Notes under the pieces: model-generated
What the model was told of the DNA's origin: nothing
The model's database searches: none
The model's input: only the letters and a program-made list of their open reading frames with translations
Source of the DNA: Candidatus Dojkabacteria bacterium HGW-Dojkabacteria-1
GTDB lineage: Bacteria; Patescibacteriota; Dojkabacteria; SC72
Direction: 5' to 3'
Assembly: GCA_002840365.1 (NCBI GenBank)
Contig: PHAO01000001.1
Location: 652,360-716,359 of the forward strand
Length of the DNA: 64,000 bases
Made by a program: the position numbers and the translations under genes
In this document: positions 9,482 to 19,641 of the stretch, in pieces
How positions within the stretch are numbered: position 1 is the stretch's first letter
How the letters are laid out: every line of letters starts with the position of its first letter

Positions 9482-11863
9482 TTACTTACTTTTTAATTTT
9501 TCTACTGCTTCTGAAAGAAGCTGTGTATACAAACCGTAACCAATTGAGTTAATGGTACCACTCTGTTTTTTACCTAATATATCTCCAGCTCCTCTAATTT
9601 CCAAATCCCTATTAGAAAGCAGAAAGCCGGAACCAAGTGCTTGAGATTCTTTAATTGCTTCAAGTCTCAGTGCACTATCTCCTTTGAGAGATTCATAGAA
9701 GAAACAAGCGTAGGCCTGTCTTTGTCCCCTACCTACCCTTCCCCTGATTTGATACATTTGTGAAAGCCCTAACCTATTTACATCATCTACTATTAAGGTG
9801 TTGGCATTTGAGATATCTAAACCATTTTCAATTATTGTTGTACACAAAAGAACATCTATCTCTCCACCTAAAAATGAATCCATTACCTTTATTAATTTCT
9901 CTCCAGAAAGTCTACCATGAGCGACCTCTATTCTTACCTTTGGAATCATTTCTTTTATTCTTTGTGCTACAAATTGAATATTTTCGATACTGTTATGAAG
10001 ATAGTAGACCTGGCCTCCTCTTTGCACTTCCCTTTCTATACACCCCTTTATCTTCTCAAAACTAAATGGAGAAAATTCATTTCGTATCTCTACTCTTCCT
10101 TGTGGTGCTATTGCTAATACTGAAATATCTCTTACACCAAGCAAGGAAAGGTTTAGTGTTCTTGGTATTGGAGTTGCTGTCATAGAGAGAACATGTGTAT
10201 CTACCCTACTGCTTTTAAGTTTCTCTTTCTGCTTTACTCCGAACTTCTGCTCCTCATCAACGATAATTAATCCTAAATTTTTAAATTTAACATTTTCAGA
10301 AAGTATTGCATGTGTCCCTATCAATACATCGACTTTACCTTTCCAAAGCTCAGATATTGTTTTTTCTCTTTCTTTAAAATCTTGCAATCTTGATATCAAG
10401 GATATGTTAAATGGATATTTTTTAAATCTTTCCTTAAAAACTCTTAAGTGCTGATTCGCGAGTACAGTTGTTGGTGCTAACACTGCAACCTGCATTCCTG
10501 CATTGGCTACTGCAAAGGCTGCTCTCATGGCAATTTCTGTTTTACCGAAACCTACATCCCCTACAAGCAACCTATCCATTGGTTTTTCTTTTTGTAAATC
10601 TAAGGAAATTTTCTTCGTCGCTATATATTGATCCTCAGTATCTGTAAATTCAAATTCATTCGCAAATTTCCAATATTCATCACTACTTTCTTCGTCTTTA
10701 AGAATCTTAGTTCCTTTAGATATTTCTCTTAGTGCATATATTTGTAAAAGTTCTTTAGCAATGTTCTCTACATCTTCTTTTGCTTTGGAGGATATCCTAC
10801 TCCAAAGACCACTGTTTAGACCAGTTAATCTAGGTTGATATTTACCACTAGAGATATATTTCATAACCTTGGAGGATGCAGACAAGGGTATATACAGCCT
10901 ATCATTTCCCGCATATGCTATCTCAATATATTGGCCACCATCCCTATCAATGACATCAACAAATTTCCCGATTCCATGATCTTCGTGTACAACAAAATCC
11001 CCCGGAATTATTTTCTTTAAGATTTCTACAGATGATGGATCAATTTTCTTACTCTTGTATACATTCCCTAAATCAAACTCTCCTAATATTTCTCTATCTG
11101 TAAGAAACAGTATCTTACTTGGTTCATACACAAATCCAGAGTTGAGAGAGGCCTCTACAGAGTTATCTACCTCATATACCCTATCTATCCCCTCTATACT
11201 TGTCTCGTACTTGAAAATGTTTTTAGATATGTACCATACTTCATATCCTCTCTTTTTGTAATCATTAAGAATATTTATACTTGTTTTCTTACCAGAGTAG
11301 ATACTTAGATTTGGCAATCTCCCTATACCAATATCTACACAATCCTCCCCGAAAGCATCTTTTGCATTTCTTAAAAGTAACATATCCTTACTACTTTCAT
11401 TGGCAACTACACCATGATTCTCATCTACAATTCTTACAAACTCAACTCCTCCGACTCTCTTTCTACTCTCTGGTTCAAGTTTTTCTATACTTTCTATCTC
11501 ATTTCCAAAAAGAATTACTCTAAATATATTTTTAGAGCTAAAAGGCCAAATGATTACTGTCTCACCCAATACAGATATCTCTCCTGTATTCCATACTCTC
11601 TCTACATTTATATATCCCAAATCAATATATTGGTTAATGTCCCACCTATCGCCTACTTTAAGTGAACGAAACTTAGGGCTGTATTCGCTATCGAGGGGTA
11701 GTATACAAACCGCTCTCTTAAGTTTAAGCCCTATTAACTCTGCCACTAATTCCTCATATTCGTTTGGTATATATACTGTAGATTGAGTTGTTAGTTGAGG
11801 TATTTTAAATTTCTTTTCAAAATCTGAAAGAAATGTTTTAATCATGACAGGTAATTCTATCAA
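9482..11863 (-). CDS. mfd: Transcription-repair coupling factor, shortened (no C-terminal TRCF domain)
   Basis: CarD/RID VVHEDHGIG, GDVGFGKTE, DEEQKFG, QIRGRVGR, DLEIRGAG; ends right after the TRG motif. Confidence 0.9.
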   Translation of the reverse strand: MIELPVMIKTFLSDFEKKFKIPQLTTQSTVYIPNEYEELVAELIGLKLKRAVCILPLDSEYSPKFRSLKVGDRWDINQYIDLGYINVERVWNTGEISVLGETVIIWPFSSKNIFRVILFGNEIESIEKLEPESRKRVGGVEFVRIVDENHGVVANESSKDMLLLRNAKDAFGEDCVDIGIGRLPNLSIYSGKKTSINILNDYKKRGYEVWYISKNIFKYETSIEGIDRVYEVDNSVEASLNSGFVYEPSKILFLTDREILGEFDLGNVYKSKKIDPSSVEILKKIIPGDFVVHEDHGIGKFVDVIDRDGGQYIEIAYAGNDRLYIPLSASSKVMKYISSGKYQPRLTGLNSGLWSRISSKAKEDVENIAKELLQIYALREISKGTKILKDEESSDEYWKFANEFEFTDTEDQYIATKKISLDLQKEKPMDRLLVGDVGFGKTEIAMRAAFAVANAGMQVAVLAPTTVLANQHLRVFKERFKKYPFNISLISRLQDFKEREKTISELWKGKVDVLIGTHAILSENVKFKNLGLIIVDEEQKFGVKQKEKLKSSRVDTHVLSMTATPIPRTLNLSLLGVRDISVLAIAPQGRVEIRNEFSPFSFEKIKGCIEREVQRGGQVYYLHNSIENIQFVAQRIKEMIPKVRIEVAHGRLSGEKLIKVMDSFLGGEIDVLLCTTIIENGLDISNANTLIVDDVNRLGLSQMYQIRGRVGRGQRQAYACFFYESLKGDSALRLEAIKESQALGSGFLLSNRDLEIRGAGDILGKKQSGTINSIGYGLYTQLLSEAVEKLKSK

Positions 11864-11908
11864 GGAAGTGTATAATTAGAAAGGAGTTTAATTTAAATAC
11901 AAAATCCA

Positions 11909-13114
11909 ATGTTTATTGCACATGGACCCCTCTCATTCATTTTGAATGAAAAGATTCAGAAAAAGGAGATTGAGAAATTAACACCAGGAGAACATATTGG
12001 TATTGCTCTTTTTAGTTTGTTTTTTGGAATATTACCAGATTTTGATTTACTACTGTTGAGTATGACAAAATATCCTCCTTTCCAGCATCATCAGGTATTT
12101 ACACACAGTATATTGTTTTGGATTCTACTTTGGTTACTTTTCAGATTTTTAATATATCTTTTCAAAAATATTACTAAAGGTAAGTACAAAAAGGTTTTAA
12201 GTGATACCTTTTTGAGTGTATTACACAAAACATTTCTGATAGGGACAATGTCACATCTTTTTGGTGATATATTGTTCTCTCATTCTCAAATATTACTTCC
12301 TTTGCAGATGGAAGTAACAATCCTAGGGGAAATATTTAGTAAGAATTACTTTAGTGGACACTTCTTTACTGTAAGTATGACATTAGAGATTCTTATTGTA
12401 ATATTTTTCACATATCTTCTTTACAAAATATTTTTTAAACAAATCAAACTTTTTGAATATTTCCTATTTATACTCGCAGGTTTCTCCACAATCATTCTGT
12501 TCTTAAATATGTATATCTCACTTAATACTTACAACAAGGCAATACATTTTCAAGATGGAATAGTGGTATATGATCAGGATTTTGACACGATAATTGATTA
12601 TCAGGATTCTGATACCGACAATGATGGAGTAAACAATATCGAAAGTATACAAAGAAGCAAACTAGCTTTTGATGTTAGGGAAATTTTAGAAGGTAAGTAC
12701 TTAACCTCCAGTGGTGACTCCATTTGGAGTAGATATATTCATTTGCATGGGGGATTAAATTCTTACAGATTAATATCACAAGCATTCTTTGAACAGAACA
12801 GACCAATAGAGCCAGTTTTAAGAGAGTTTGCACTTAGAGAATACAATATTAGGGAGTATGATATACCCTACTCCTATTCAGATTTACTTTATGGGTATTT
12901 TAAACAGAACAATCTTTTGAAAGATTTTAATGTTAATGTTGAAAGTGGAAGTATATTTTTTGTAGTTGATGATGATACAGTTGTGAATATGGGAATTGTA
13001 TTGGACAACAATATGGTTGGTATTGTGCTTGAGCAAGACACAAGAACAAGGTTACATACATTGGTATCAATTAAGGAAGAGTATTCTAAATATACTATTT
13101 TAGTGGAAAGATAG
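11909..13114 (+). CDS. Membrane metal-dependent hydrolase (YdjM-like) with acidic Ca-binding repeat and C-terminal domain
   Basis: MFIAH, PDFD, HHQVFTHS, SHLFGD motifs, several TMs, DQDFDTIIDYQDSDTDNDG. Confidence 0.6.
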   Translation: MFIAHGPLSFILNEKIQKKEIEKLTPGEHIGIALFSLFFGILPDFDLLLLSMTKYPPFQHHQVFTHSILFWILLWLLFRFLIYLFKNITKGKYKKVLSDTFLSVLHKTFLIGTMSHLFGDILFSHSQILLPLQMEVTILGEIFSKNYFSGHFFTVSMTLEILIVIFFTYLLYKIFFKQIKLFEYFLFILAGFSTIILFLNMYISLNTYNKAIHFQDGIVVYDQDFDTIIDYQDSDTDNDGVNNIESIQRSKLAFDVREILEGKYLTSSGDSIWSRYIHLHGGLNSYRLISQAFFEQNRPIEPVLREFALREYNIREYDIPYSYSDLLYGYFKQNNLLKDFNVNVESGSIFFVVDDDTVVNMGIVLDNNMVGIVLEQDTRTRLHTLVSIKEEYSKYTILVER

Positions 13115-13652
13115 TGGAGAGTAGCTCTTGAGCTGCAGTTTCTGTAACAAAGAGAAGCTCTTCATAATCCTTCTTTGAGTATTTCCTTATCACGTACTCT
13201 TCGCCGGGAATGTTTCTGTCTCCTCTATTCTCAATCCCTATTCGAACTCTCCAGAAATCTGTAGAACCAAGGGATTGTTCTACACTTAATACTCCGTTGT
13301 GACCTTTTGGTGATTTTTCTCTTTGTATTTTGTATTTACCTAATTGAATATCTAAATCATCATGTAGAAGTACAAATTGATCAACATTGAATTTTTTAAT
13401 AATGGCTTTTACTGCACTCCCTGACCTATTCATATATGTAAGAGGTTTTTGTAATATACAGACTAGTTCTCCTCCCTCTTTAACTTTTGATATCTCCGAA
13501 TGAAAGAGTTTTTCTTCATTCTCCCAATCTGATACTTGATATCCTTTTTCAGAAAGATTCCATTTCAGGGATTCTAAACAAAGAAAACCTGCATTGTGAG
13601 GTGTATTCTCATATTCTTTTCCTGGATTTCCTAAACCTGTAATTAGCAACAT
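13095..13652 (-). CDS. pth: Peptidyl-tRNA hydrolase
   Basis: GLGNPG, HNAGF, KPLTYMNRSG, HDDLD, GHNG, RVRIGI. Confidence 0.96.
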   Translation of the reverse strand: MLLITGLGNPGKEYENTPHNAGFLCLESLKWNLSEKGYQVSDWENEEKLFHSEISKVKEGGELVCILQKPLTYMNRSGSAVKAIIKKFNVDQFVLLHDDLDIQLGKYKIQREKSPKGHNGVLSVEQSLGSTDFWRVRIGIENRGDRNIPGEEYVIRKYSKKDYEELLFVTETAAQELLSTIFPLK

Positions 13653-14086
13653 ATTTTTTTAAATCTTACAAGTAATTCTTCTTGTTGAAGAAACATTTTC
13701 TCATTAGGAGAATCATTCATACTTTCTGTATGATCTTGTCCTAATATATGTAGTGTACCATGAATTATCAATCTAAGGATTTCTTCTTCAAAGGCATCTT
13801 CTTGGAAAGATTTGTATACATACTCTGGAGATATATATATTTCTCCTTTCCTTCCGTCTTCAATATTAAAAGAAAGTACATCTGTTGGAGCATCAATCTC
13901 CCTATATCTCTTGTTTAAATCTTGGATATATTCAGGTTCTACAAATACAATGTTGATTTCTTCTAATGGATATTCAGAGAATATTCTCTCATATGCCTTT
14001 TGTATATCTTCAAAAGAGATACTAAATGTAGGCTCTATTTCTGAGACCAATTCTTTATTAAATATTTGTAATGATATTTCTTTCAT
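13643..14086 (-). CDS. ybeY: rRNA maturation endoribonuclease YbeY
   Basis: LNKRYR, PTDVLSF, GEIYIS, HGTLHILGQDH. Confidence 0.95.
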   Translation of the reverse strand: MKEISLQIFNKELVSEIEPTFSISFEDIQKAYERIFSEYPLEEINIVFVEPEYIQDLNKRYREIDAPTDVLSFNIEDGRKGEIYISPEYVYKSFQEDAFEEEILRLIIHGTLHILGQDHTESMNDSPNEKMFLQQEELLVRFKKICC

Positions 14087-14529
14087 TAAGAAAGTAATTC
14101 TTGAACTATTTCTCTCACCTTATTCCCATCTGCCTTTCCATTTAATTCTTTCATAGCAATTCCCATTACTTTTCCCATATCTCTCATATCTTGAGCGTTT
14201 GATGTTTCTACAGCCTTCTTTACAATCTCCCTAACTTTAGATTCATCTAAGAGTGCTGGTAGGTATTTTTCAAGTACTTCTAGTTGAGACTTTTCTTTCT
14301 CAACTAAATCATTTCTGTTCATTTTGGTGAATTCATTTATGGAGTCTTGGATTTTCTTACTTTCTTTTCTCAGTACTTTAACAATCTCATCCTCGGAAAG
14401 TTTATCTCCCTTGGAAATTTCTTCATTCTTCACTACAGCCAAGACCATTTTGAGGATTTCAGATTCTGAAGTATTACCTGCTTTACTAGCAGAGAACATA
14501 TCTTTACGGATATCATCTAAAAGAGGCAT
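14086..14529 (-). CDS. GatB/YqeY domain protein
   Basis: YLP, DMGKVMG, GKADG motifs; follows rpsU. Confidence 0.9.
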   Translation of the reverse strand: MPLLDDIRKDMFSASKAGNTSESEILKMVLAVVKNEEISKGDKLSEDEIVKVLRKESKKIQDSINEFTKMNRNDLVEKEKSQLEVLEKYLPALLDESKVREIVKKAVETSNAQDMRDMGKVMGIAMKELNGKADGNKVREIVQELLS

Positions 14530-14546
14530 ATTAAAAAAGTAAAAAA

Positions 14547-14747
14547 TTACTTAGCTCTTCTTCTTGCAGTTCTTCTTCTTCTCTTCATTTTAGCCCACTC
14601 TCTTCTTTTCTGGATGTCTAAGTCAGACTCCTTGATTCTGAATACTTTCTCTCTGTATGTCTCCAAAATCTTCTCTCTCATGACTTCTCTGTGGAGTCTT
14701 TTGAGTGCACTATCTATATTTTCGTTGGCATGAACTATTACAGCCAT
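14547..14747 (-). CDS. rpsU: 30S ribosomal protein S21
   Basis: ENIDSALKR, basic C-terminus, rpsU-yqeY synteny. Confidence 0.9.
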   Translation of the reverse strand: MAVIVHANENIDSALKRLHREVMREKILETYREKVFRIKESDLDIQKRREWAKMKRRRRTARRRAK

Positions 14748-14793
14748 TAGGTCTATACTTTAAATTAAAGCGATTGGATTATATCACACATTT

Positions 14794-16383
14794 TTACTTG
14801 TTTGCTACTTTCTTTTCAAAATTGTCCCTATACTTGTAGTTTGGTGCTTTCTTTTGCATTGTGAAAACTCCGTTTGGGGCATTGTAAATTAACACTCCAA
14901 AGAATACTAATGCAAATCCTGCAATTATCCTTGATATTGTAGTATCAAATATACCTGTTTGTGGTACTTCTCCTGGTTCACCTGGTTGCTCTGGTTGTTC
15001 AGGTTCTTCCCCTATTTCACAATCTGCCGTTATATTTGCTGTGGCGACAACTGCAGCAGAACCGACAGGAGTTAAGGTTACTGTGTTAGCATATGTATCA
15101 AAGTTATCTTTATCAATTACCACTTTATATGTATACGTTTTTGTTGCTCCTGCAGCAACAGAAAGAGCTGGACTAAAGGTCCATGTAATCTTCTTTGCAG
15201 CATACGTACCAGGCGCCGTTATTGAAGATGTTTGTACAAAGCTATCTTGAACTTTACTATCCATTACATCTTCAATCTTAGAAATTGTTCCAGCTCCATC
15301 ACCAGTGTTTCTAACTGTAATTGTATATGTTAGTTCTGATTTAGGATTTGTAGTACCGGCATCGATACACTGCTCTACAACTCCCTTTGTAATACTCCAG
15401 TTAGGATTTGTTTGTTGAGGTAGTACAGTAAAAGTTGTTGTCAAAGCACATGCAGCACTTGCAGCACCCTTTTTGTCTTTCCAAGACATAGAGAGTGTGT
15501 ATGTTCCTGGTGCCAACCTACTATTTGCAGTACTTAATGTACCAGAGATAGTTGTCTCTGTTGTAGCTTCTGCAAGAGTTATACAACCTACAGTTTGTCC
15601 TGTTGTACATACCGGTATATTGTCATTTCCTTTTTTTACAGATATTGATGCTTTGTCGATACCATCCGTATCTTTAGCTTTAGCACTAAAGGTAATATTG
15701 TTCTCATATGCGATATTACCAGTTGGTCTTGTTACCCAACTACCACCATCACAAACATTGGCTGGTGTACAATCATCTTTCGCATATGGATTCTTACACT
15801 CATCTTTCTTACCGTAACAGATATGTCCTGGTTTGTATTCCTCTATTGAGACAGAGCCATCGCTGATATTACACATAGCTATCCATTCCTTACATGTTCC
15901 TCTTGCTTTCGCATCTACTTTGCTTTGAGTATCTGAAGGAAATTTACAATTTACTCCACAACCATTGCTCCATGACTGACATGTACATTTTACAACTGGA
16001 ACATCTTCACAGCTTCCATATCCCCCATTATTGGAACACAAAGACTCACACCCTGTAGATGCGCTTCCAACCACCCATTGCCCATTACAACACTGGCATC
16101 TTACGCAACCATTTTGAACTTTGTTACCACAGCAATTAGACCTATTATCTCTACAAGCTTGAGCTTTACCAGGCTCCGCATACCAATCCAAACAATTTGC
16201 AGAAAGTGCAACCGTTGCGGATGAAGAACATCCACCAGGTACTGTGGCACCAGCATCACTATCAGTAGGATCTAATCTACTCTCTTCATTTACTCTCCAT
16301 ATTAAAAAACCTAGTGCAACAGAAAGAACTATTATCGCTATTGCAAATACAATCTTACTAGTCTTTGTTAATCTAACAGCCAT
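14794..16383 (-). CDS. Cys-rich surface protein with DUF11-like domain and LPXTG-like (VPQTG) anchor
   Basis: N-terminal TM, about 27 Cys, LTYTITVRNTG, EPEQP linker, VPQTG + TM + basic tail. Confidence 0.7.
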   Translation of the reverse strand: MAVRLTKTSKIVFAIAIIVLSVALGFLIWRVNEESRLDPTDSDAGATVPGGCSSSATVALSANCLDWYAEPGKAQACRDNRSNCCGNKVQNGCVRCQCCNGQWVVGSASTGCESLCSNNGGYGSCEDVPVVKCTCQSWSNGCGVNCKFPSDTQSKVDAKARGTCKEWIAMCNISDGSVSIEEYKPGHICYGKKDECKNPYAKDDCTPANVCDGGSWVTRPTGNIAYENNITFSAKAKDTDGIDKASISVKKGNDNIPVCTTGQTVGCITLAEATTETTISGTLSTANSRLAPGTYTLSMSWKDKKGAASAACALTTTFTVLPQQTNPNWSITKGVVEQCIDAGTTNPKSELTYTITVRNTGDGAGTISKIEDVMDSKVQDSFVQTSSITAPGTYAAKKITWTFSPALSVAAGATKTYTYKVVIDKDNFDTYANTVTLTPVGSAAVVATANITADCEIGEEPEQPEQPGEPGEVPQTGIFDTTISRIIAGFALVFFGVLIYNAPNGVFTMQKKAPNYKYRDNFEKKVANK

Positions 16384-16420
16384 TTAGAGCAGTAAATAAA
16401 TTTTTCTATTTAAAGATATA

Positions 16421-17563
16421 CTATCTAAACCAACTCTGCAACTGGTCTATATTGATTATATCCTTGAGCATGATACCTATAATTAGGAGTATGAGAAATA
16501 TGAAGCTAATATTGATAATTATAGTTTCTAATTTCTCGTTCAAATCTTTTCTTAATATTGATTCTATTGTTAGAATCATTACCCTACCACCATCCAATGC
16601 AGGTATTGGTAACAAATTTATAATTGCTAAAGATACAGAAAGGTCTGCTATGATACCAAGGAAGATGAATATTCCTAAGTTTTTAAAGTAATCTATTACA
16701 AAGTATATTCCTACTGGTCCACTGACTGTATTAGAAAGTGTTGAGTAATCACCTGTTTTCTGAGCCTCAGAGAAAAGACTTCCTAGGACAATTCCTGTCA
16801 GTTTCAATACATTTATTACATGGGTAAAACCTCCGAAAATTTTGTTGTCATTATAGTCAAGATATACAGCATAGTTGTCTCCTACATACATCCCTATCTT
16901 CCCCTCTTCATCCACTGGAACTAAGAATATACTACATTCCTCTGTTTCAAATTCACAGGCAAAGATTTCTATATCAACACTTTTTATATCTTTAAGATAT
17001 TCTCTGAACTGATCGTAGTCATCTATCTTTTCATCATTAATACTCCTTATATATCCCCTTTTGAAGAGACCACTTTCTATTGCAGGACTATCTTCTGTTA
17101 ATTCATATGGTAAATCAGAAACCCTTTCTTGAGTAATTGTTGCTCCTACAGGATTAAAGTTTGAATATTCTCTACCGATATTTAATCTCCAATCACTTCC
17201 TGCAAGAAAGATTGTATAGAAGATTACTGCAAGGACAATATTCATTGTCACACCTGCAAACATTACAAAGATTTGTGCTAACTTGCTTTTGTTTTTAAGA
17301 TTTCCCTTGTCTTCTAAGGTTTCTTTTTCTGTAGTAGGATCTCCATCTCCTAATATTTTTACAAATCCTCCAAATGGCAAGATTCTAATATTGTAAGTAG
17401 TTTCTTTAATTTTTTTAGAGAATATTTTTGGTCCAAAACCTATTGAGAAATCAAAGACCTTTGCTTTAACAAGCTTTGCAGCAAGAAAATGTCCTAATTC
17501 GTGTACGAATGTTAGGATGCTAATTACAAGAAGAAGGAGAAGTATATTTATTATTACCGACAT
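16421..17563 (-). CDS. rseP: RIP metalloprotease RseP (M50)
   Basis: HELGH, FSIGFGP, PFGGFV, NLLPIPALDGG. Confidence 0.93.
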   Translation of the reverse strand: MSVIINILLLLLVISILTFVHELGHFLAAKLVKAKVFDFSIGFGPKIFSKKIKETTYNIRILPFGGFVKILGDGDPTTEKETLEDKGNLKNKSKLAQIFVMFAGVTMNIVLAVIFYTIFLAGSDWRLNIGREYSNFNPVGATITQERVSDLPYELTEDSPAIESGLFKRGYIRSINDEKIDDYDQFREYLKDIKSVDIEIFACEFETEECSIFLVPVDEEGKIGMYVGDNYAVYLDYNDNKIFGGFTHVINVLKLTGIVLGSLFSEAQKTGDYSTLSNTVSGPVGIYFVIDYFKNLGIFIFLGIIADLSVSLAIINLLPIPALDGGRVMILTIESILRKDLNEKLETIIINISFIFLILLIIGIMLKDIINIDQLQSWFR

Positions 17564-17580
17564 ATTCTAGATATATGAGA

Positions 17581-18126
17581 TTAAAATGACATTAGTTCTT
17601 TTTCTTTATTTTCTTTTAATTCCTCAATTTTTGTATTACTGTCTTTTACTATCTTTTCAACTTCCGTTCTTAATCTATCTGCATCGTCTTCAGAAAAACC
17701 TGAGCCTAATGATTCATCTATATCTTTCATAAATTTTTGTCTTACTTGTCTTACTGCAATACGAGCATCTTCTACTCTTTCTTTCATAACTTTTACATAG
17801 TCTTTTCTTCTTTCCTCTGTGAGTTCAGGAATAGTTACTCTTATATGATCACCTTCTGATATTGCACTAAAGCCTAAATTCGCAGAAGTTATACCACTTA
17901 CAATACCATCCATAATGGATTTATCCCAAGGTATAACTAAAAGAGATCTTGTATCTGAAGCATTAATAGTTGCGTAATTTTTTAATGGAGCCTCTGTTCC
18001 ATATGCTTTTACATTTATATCTTGAACTAATTCAGGAGTTGCCCTCCCTGTCCTTATTTGAGAGAGATCTTCAACAAGATTCTCTACACACTTTTGAATA
18101 TCTGTTTTAAAACTTTCAATATCCAT
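17581..18126 (-). CDS. frr: Ribosome recycling factor
   Basis: IRTGRA, PELTEERR, ARIAVR. Confidence 0.96.
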   Translation of the reverse strand: MDIESFKTDIQKCVENLVEDLSQIRTGRATPELVQDINVKAYGTEAPLKNYATINASDTRSLLVIPWDKSIMDGIVSGITSANLGFSAISEGDHIRVTIPELTEERRKDYVKVMKERVEDARIAVRQVRQKFMKDIDESLGSGFSEDDADRLRTEVEKIVKDSNTKIEELKENKEKELMSF

Positions 18127-18252
18127 AAAAGAAGCTTAAAAACTTATATCATATGATATTCTATATTGATTAGAATCACAATATGTGAAAGCCTTTATTG
18201 ACTTAGAAGAGATGAAGAAGAATAATAGGAGAATAAATTTATTGGTTTTTTT

Positions 18253-18894
18253 ATGTCAGACCTAGAAATTAAAGATACAAGAGATTCTACAGGAATTAAT
18301 GACTTAATGGCAGTATTAGAAGAAGGATATCCAAATGCTCATATTAAATTTCTTGACTATACCCAATCTTATGGTCCTGATAGTGAGAATCACCAGTTTC
18401 AACAGAAGGGAGATGGTGAAACATTTGTTAATCCTTTTGGAGATAAGGGTGGGCATTACAGAGCAGAACTTTTTGTACACGGAATTAGAAATTCTCTTGT
18501 AGATCCTGAAAATGAAGAGAACAAAATATTAATATATCCTTCTTTTGATAAGGAGGGAAATGTTGCTACAATAAGATTACTTAAATATCCAAGTACCCTA
18601 CTTCAAAAAATAAAAGAAGATTTTTTGCTTAGAAAAGATTCTCTAAATATTCCAAACGATACACAAAGGATTAGTAAAATCCCAAAAATTAGAAATGGGG
18701 AGCCGATCGGGAAAGACGGTGAGATTACATGCTTTGATCCTTTGTTAAATTCAGAGTCTACAAATAGAATTTTATATAGTCCTGAGAAAATTAACAAAAT
18801 AAAAAGTAATTCTAAACCTATTCAATGGGGAAAAAGCAAATCAATCTATCCTTATGAAAATAACAGTGGACAAAGAATCTTTCTTTTAGTTTAG
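18253..18894 (+). CDS. Hypothetical protein inserted between tsf and frr
   Basis: 213-aa ORF on the opposite strand with an upstream TTGACT/AATAAT promoter-like element; no recognised motif. Confidence 0.6.
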   Translation: MSDLEIKDTRDSTGINDLMAVLEEGYPNAHIKFLDYTQSYGPDSENHQFQQKGDGETFVNPFGDKGGHYRAELFVHGIRNSLVDPENEENKILIYPSFDKEGNVATIRLLKYPSTLLQKIKEDFLLRKDSLNIPNDTQRISKIPKIRNGEPIGKDGEITCFDPLLNSESTNRILYSPEKINKIKSNSKPIQWGKSKSIYPYENNSGQRIFLLV

Positions 18895-18906
18895 AATACT
18901 TAAATA

Positions 18907-19623
18907 CTACTTACCAAATTCCCAGATGAGTATTCTTCTTATCTCAATTGGTTCTCCCAATTTTGATATTGCCTCATCCAAGAGATTTTTTATAGTCTTA
19001 CTCTCGTCTTTAAACCATTTCTGTTCTAAAAGACATTTCTCTTCGAGATATTTGTTTAATTTCCCTTCTACTATTTTCTCTGCAATGTTTGCAGGTTTGC
19101 CTTCTGCTTCTGCTTCTTTTGTAAATATTCCTTTTAATTCTTCCAATTTTTCAGCAGGAATACTCTCTTGTGATACATATGTTGGTTTCATTGCAGCTAC
19201 TTGAAGTGCTACCTCATGTACAAATGTTCTAAAATCCTCGTTTCTTGCAACAAAATCTGTCTTACATGTTGCTTCTACGAGTGCTACTAATTTTTGTTCT
19301 TTACCATGTACATATGTTTCTATAAGGCCCTCACCTACTTCGGCTACAGTATCTGGTTCAATAGGTTCATCCCATCCTCTTTCTTTTATTATTGATACTG
19401 CTTTTTCAAAATCTTTCTCTGCCTCTTCGAATGCAAGCTTACAAAGACCAATCTTTGCCCCTGTAAGATTATGTAATCTGTTAATTACATCACTTCTACT
19501 ATTGATGTACTCTATTGCCTTGTTCATATCTCCTCCACTTTTAGCTAATGCCTCTTTACAAAGTGCCATACCAGCAGAAGTTTTTGCTCTAAGTAACTTT
19601 ATATCCTCTATTGTTGCTCCCAT
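18907..19623 (-). CDS. tsf: Elongation factor Ts (short form, duplicated N-terminal UBA-like domain)
   Basis: LRAKTSAGMALCKEAL, CKTDFVAR, LQVAAMKP, LLEQ. Confidence 0.93.
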   Translation of the reverse strand: MGATIEDIKLLRAKTSAGMALCKEALAKSGGDMNKAIEYINSRSDVINRLHNLTGAKIGLCKLAFEEAEKDFEKAVSIIKERGWDEPIEPDTVAEVGEGLIETYVHGKEQKLVALVEATCKTDFVARNEDFRTFVHEVALQVAAMKPTYVSQESIPAEKLEELKGIFTKEAEAEGKPANIAEKIVEGKLNKYLEEKCLLEQKWFKDESKTIKNLLDEAISKLGEPIEIRRILIWEFGK

Positions 19624-19641
19624 TTTCAGTATTGTCTTAAG

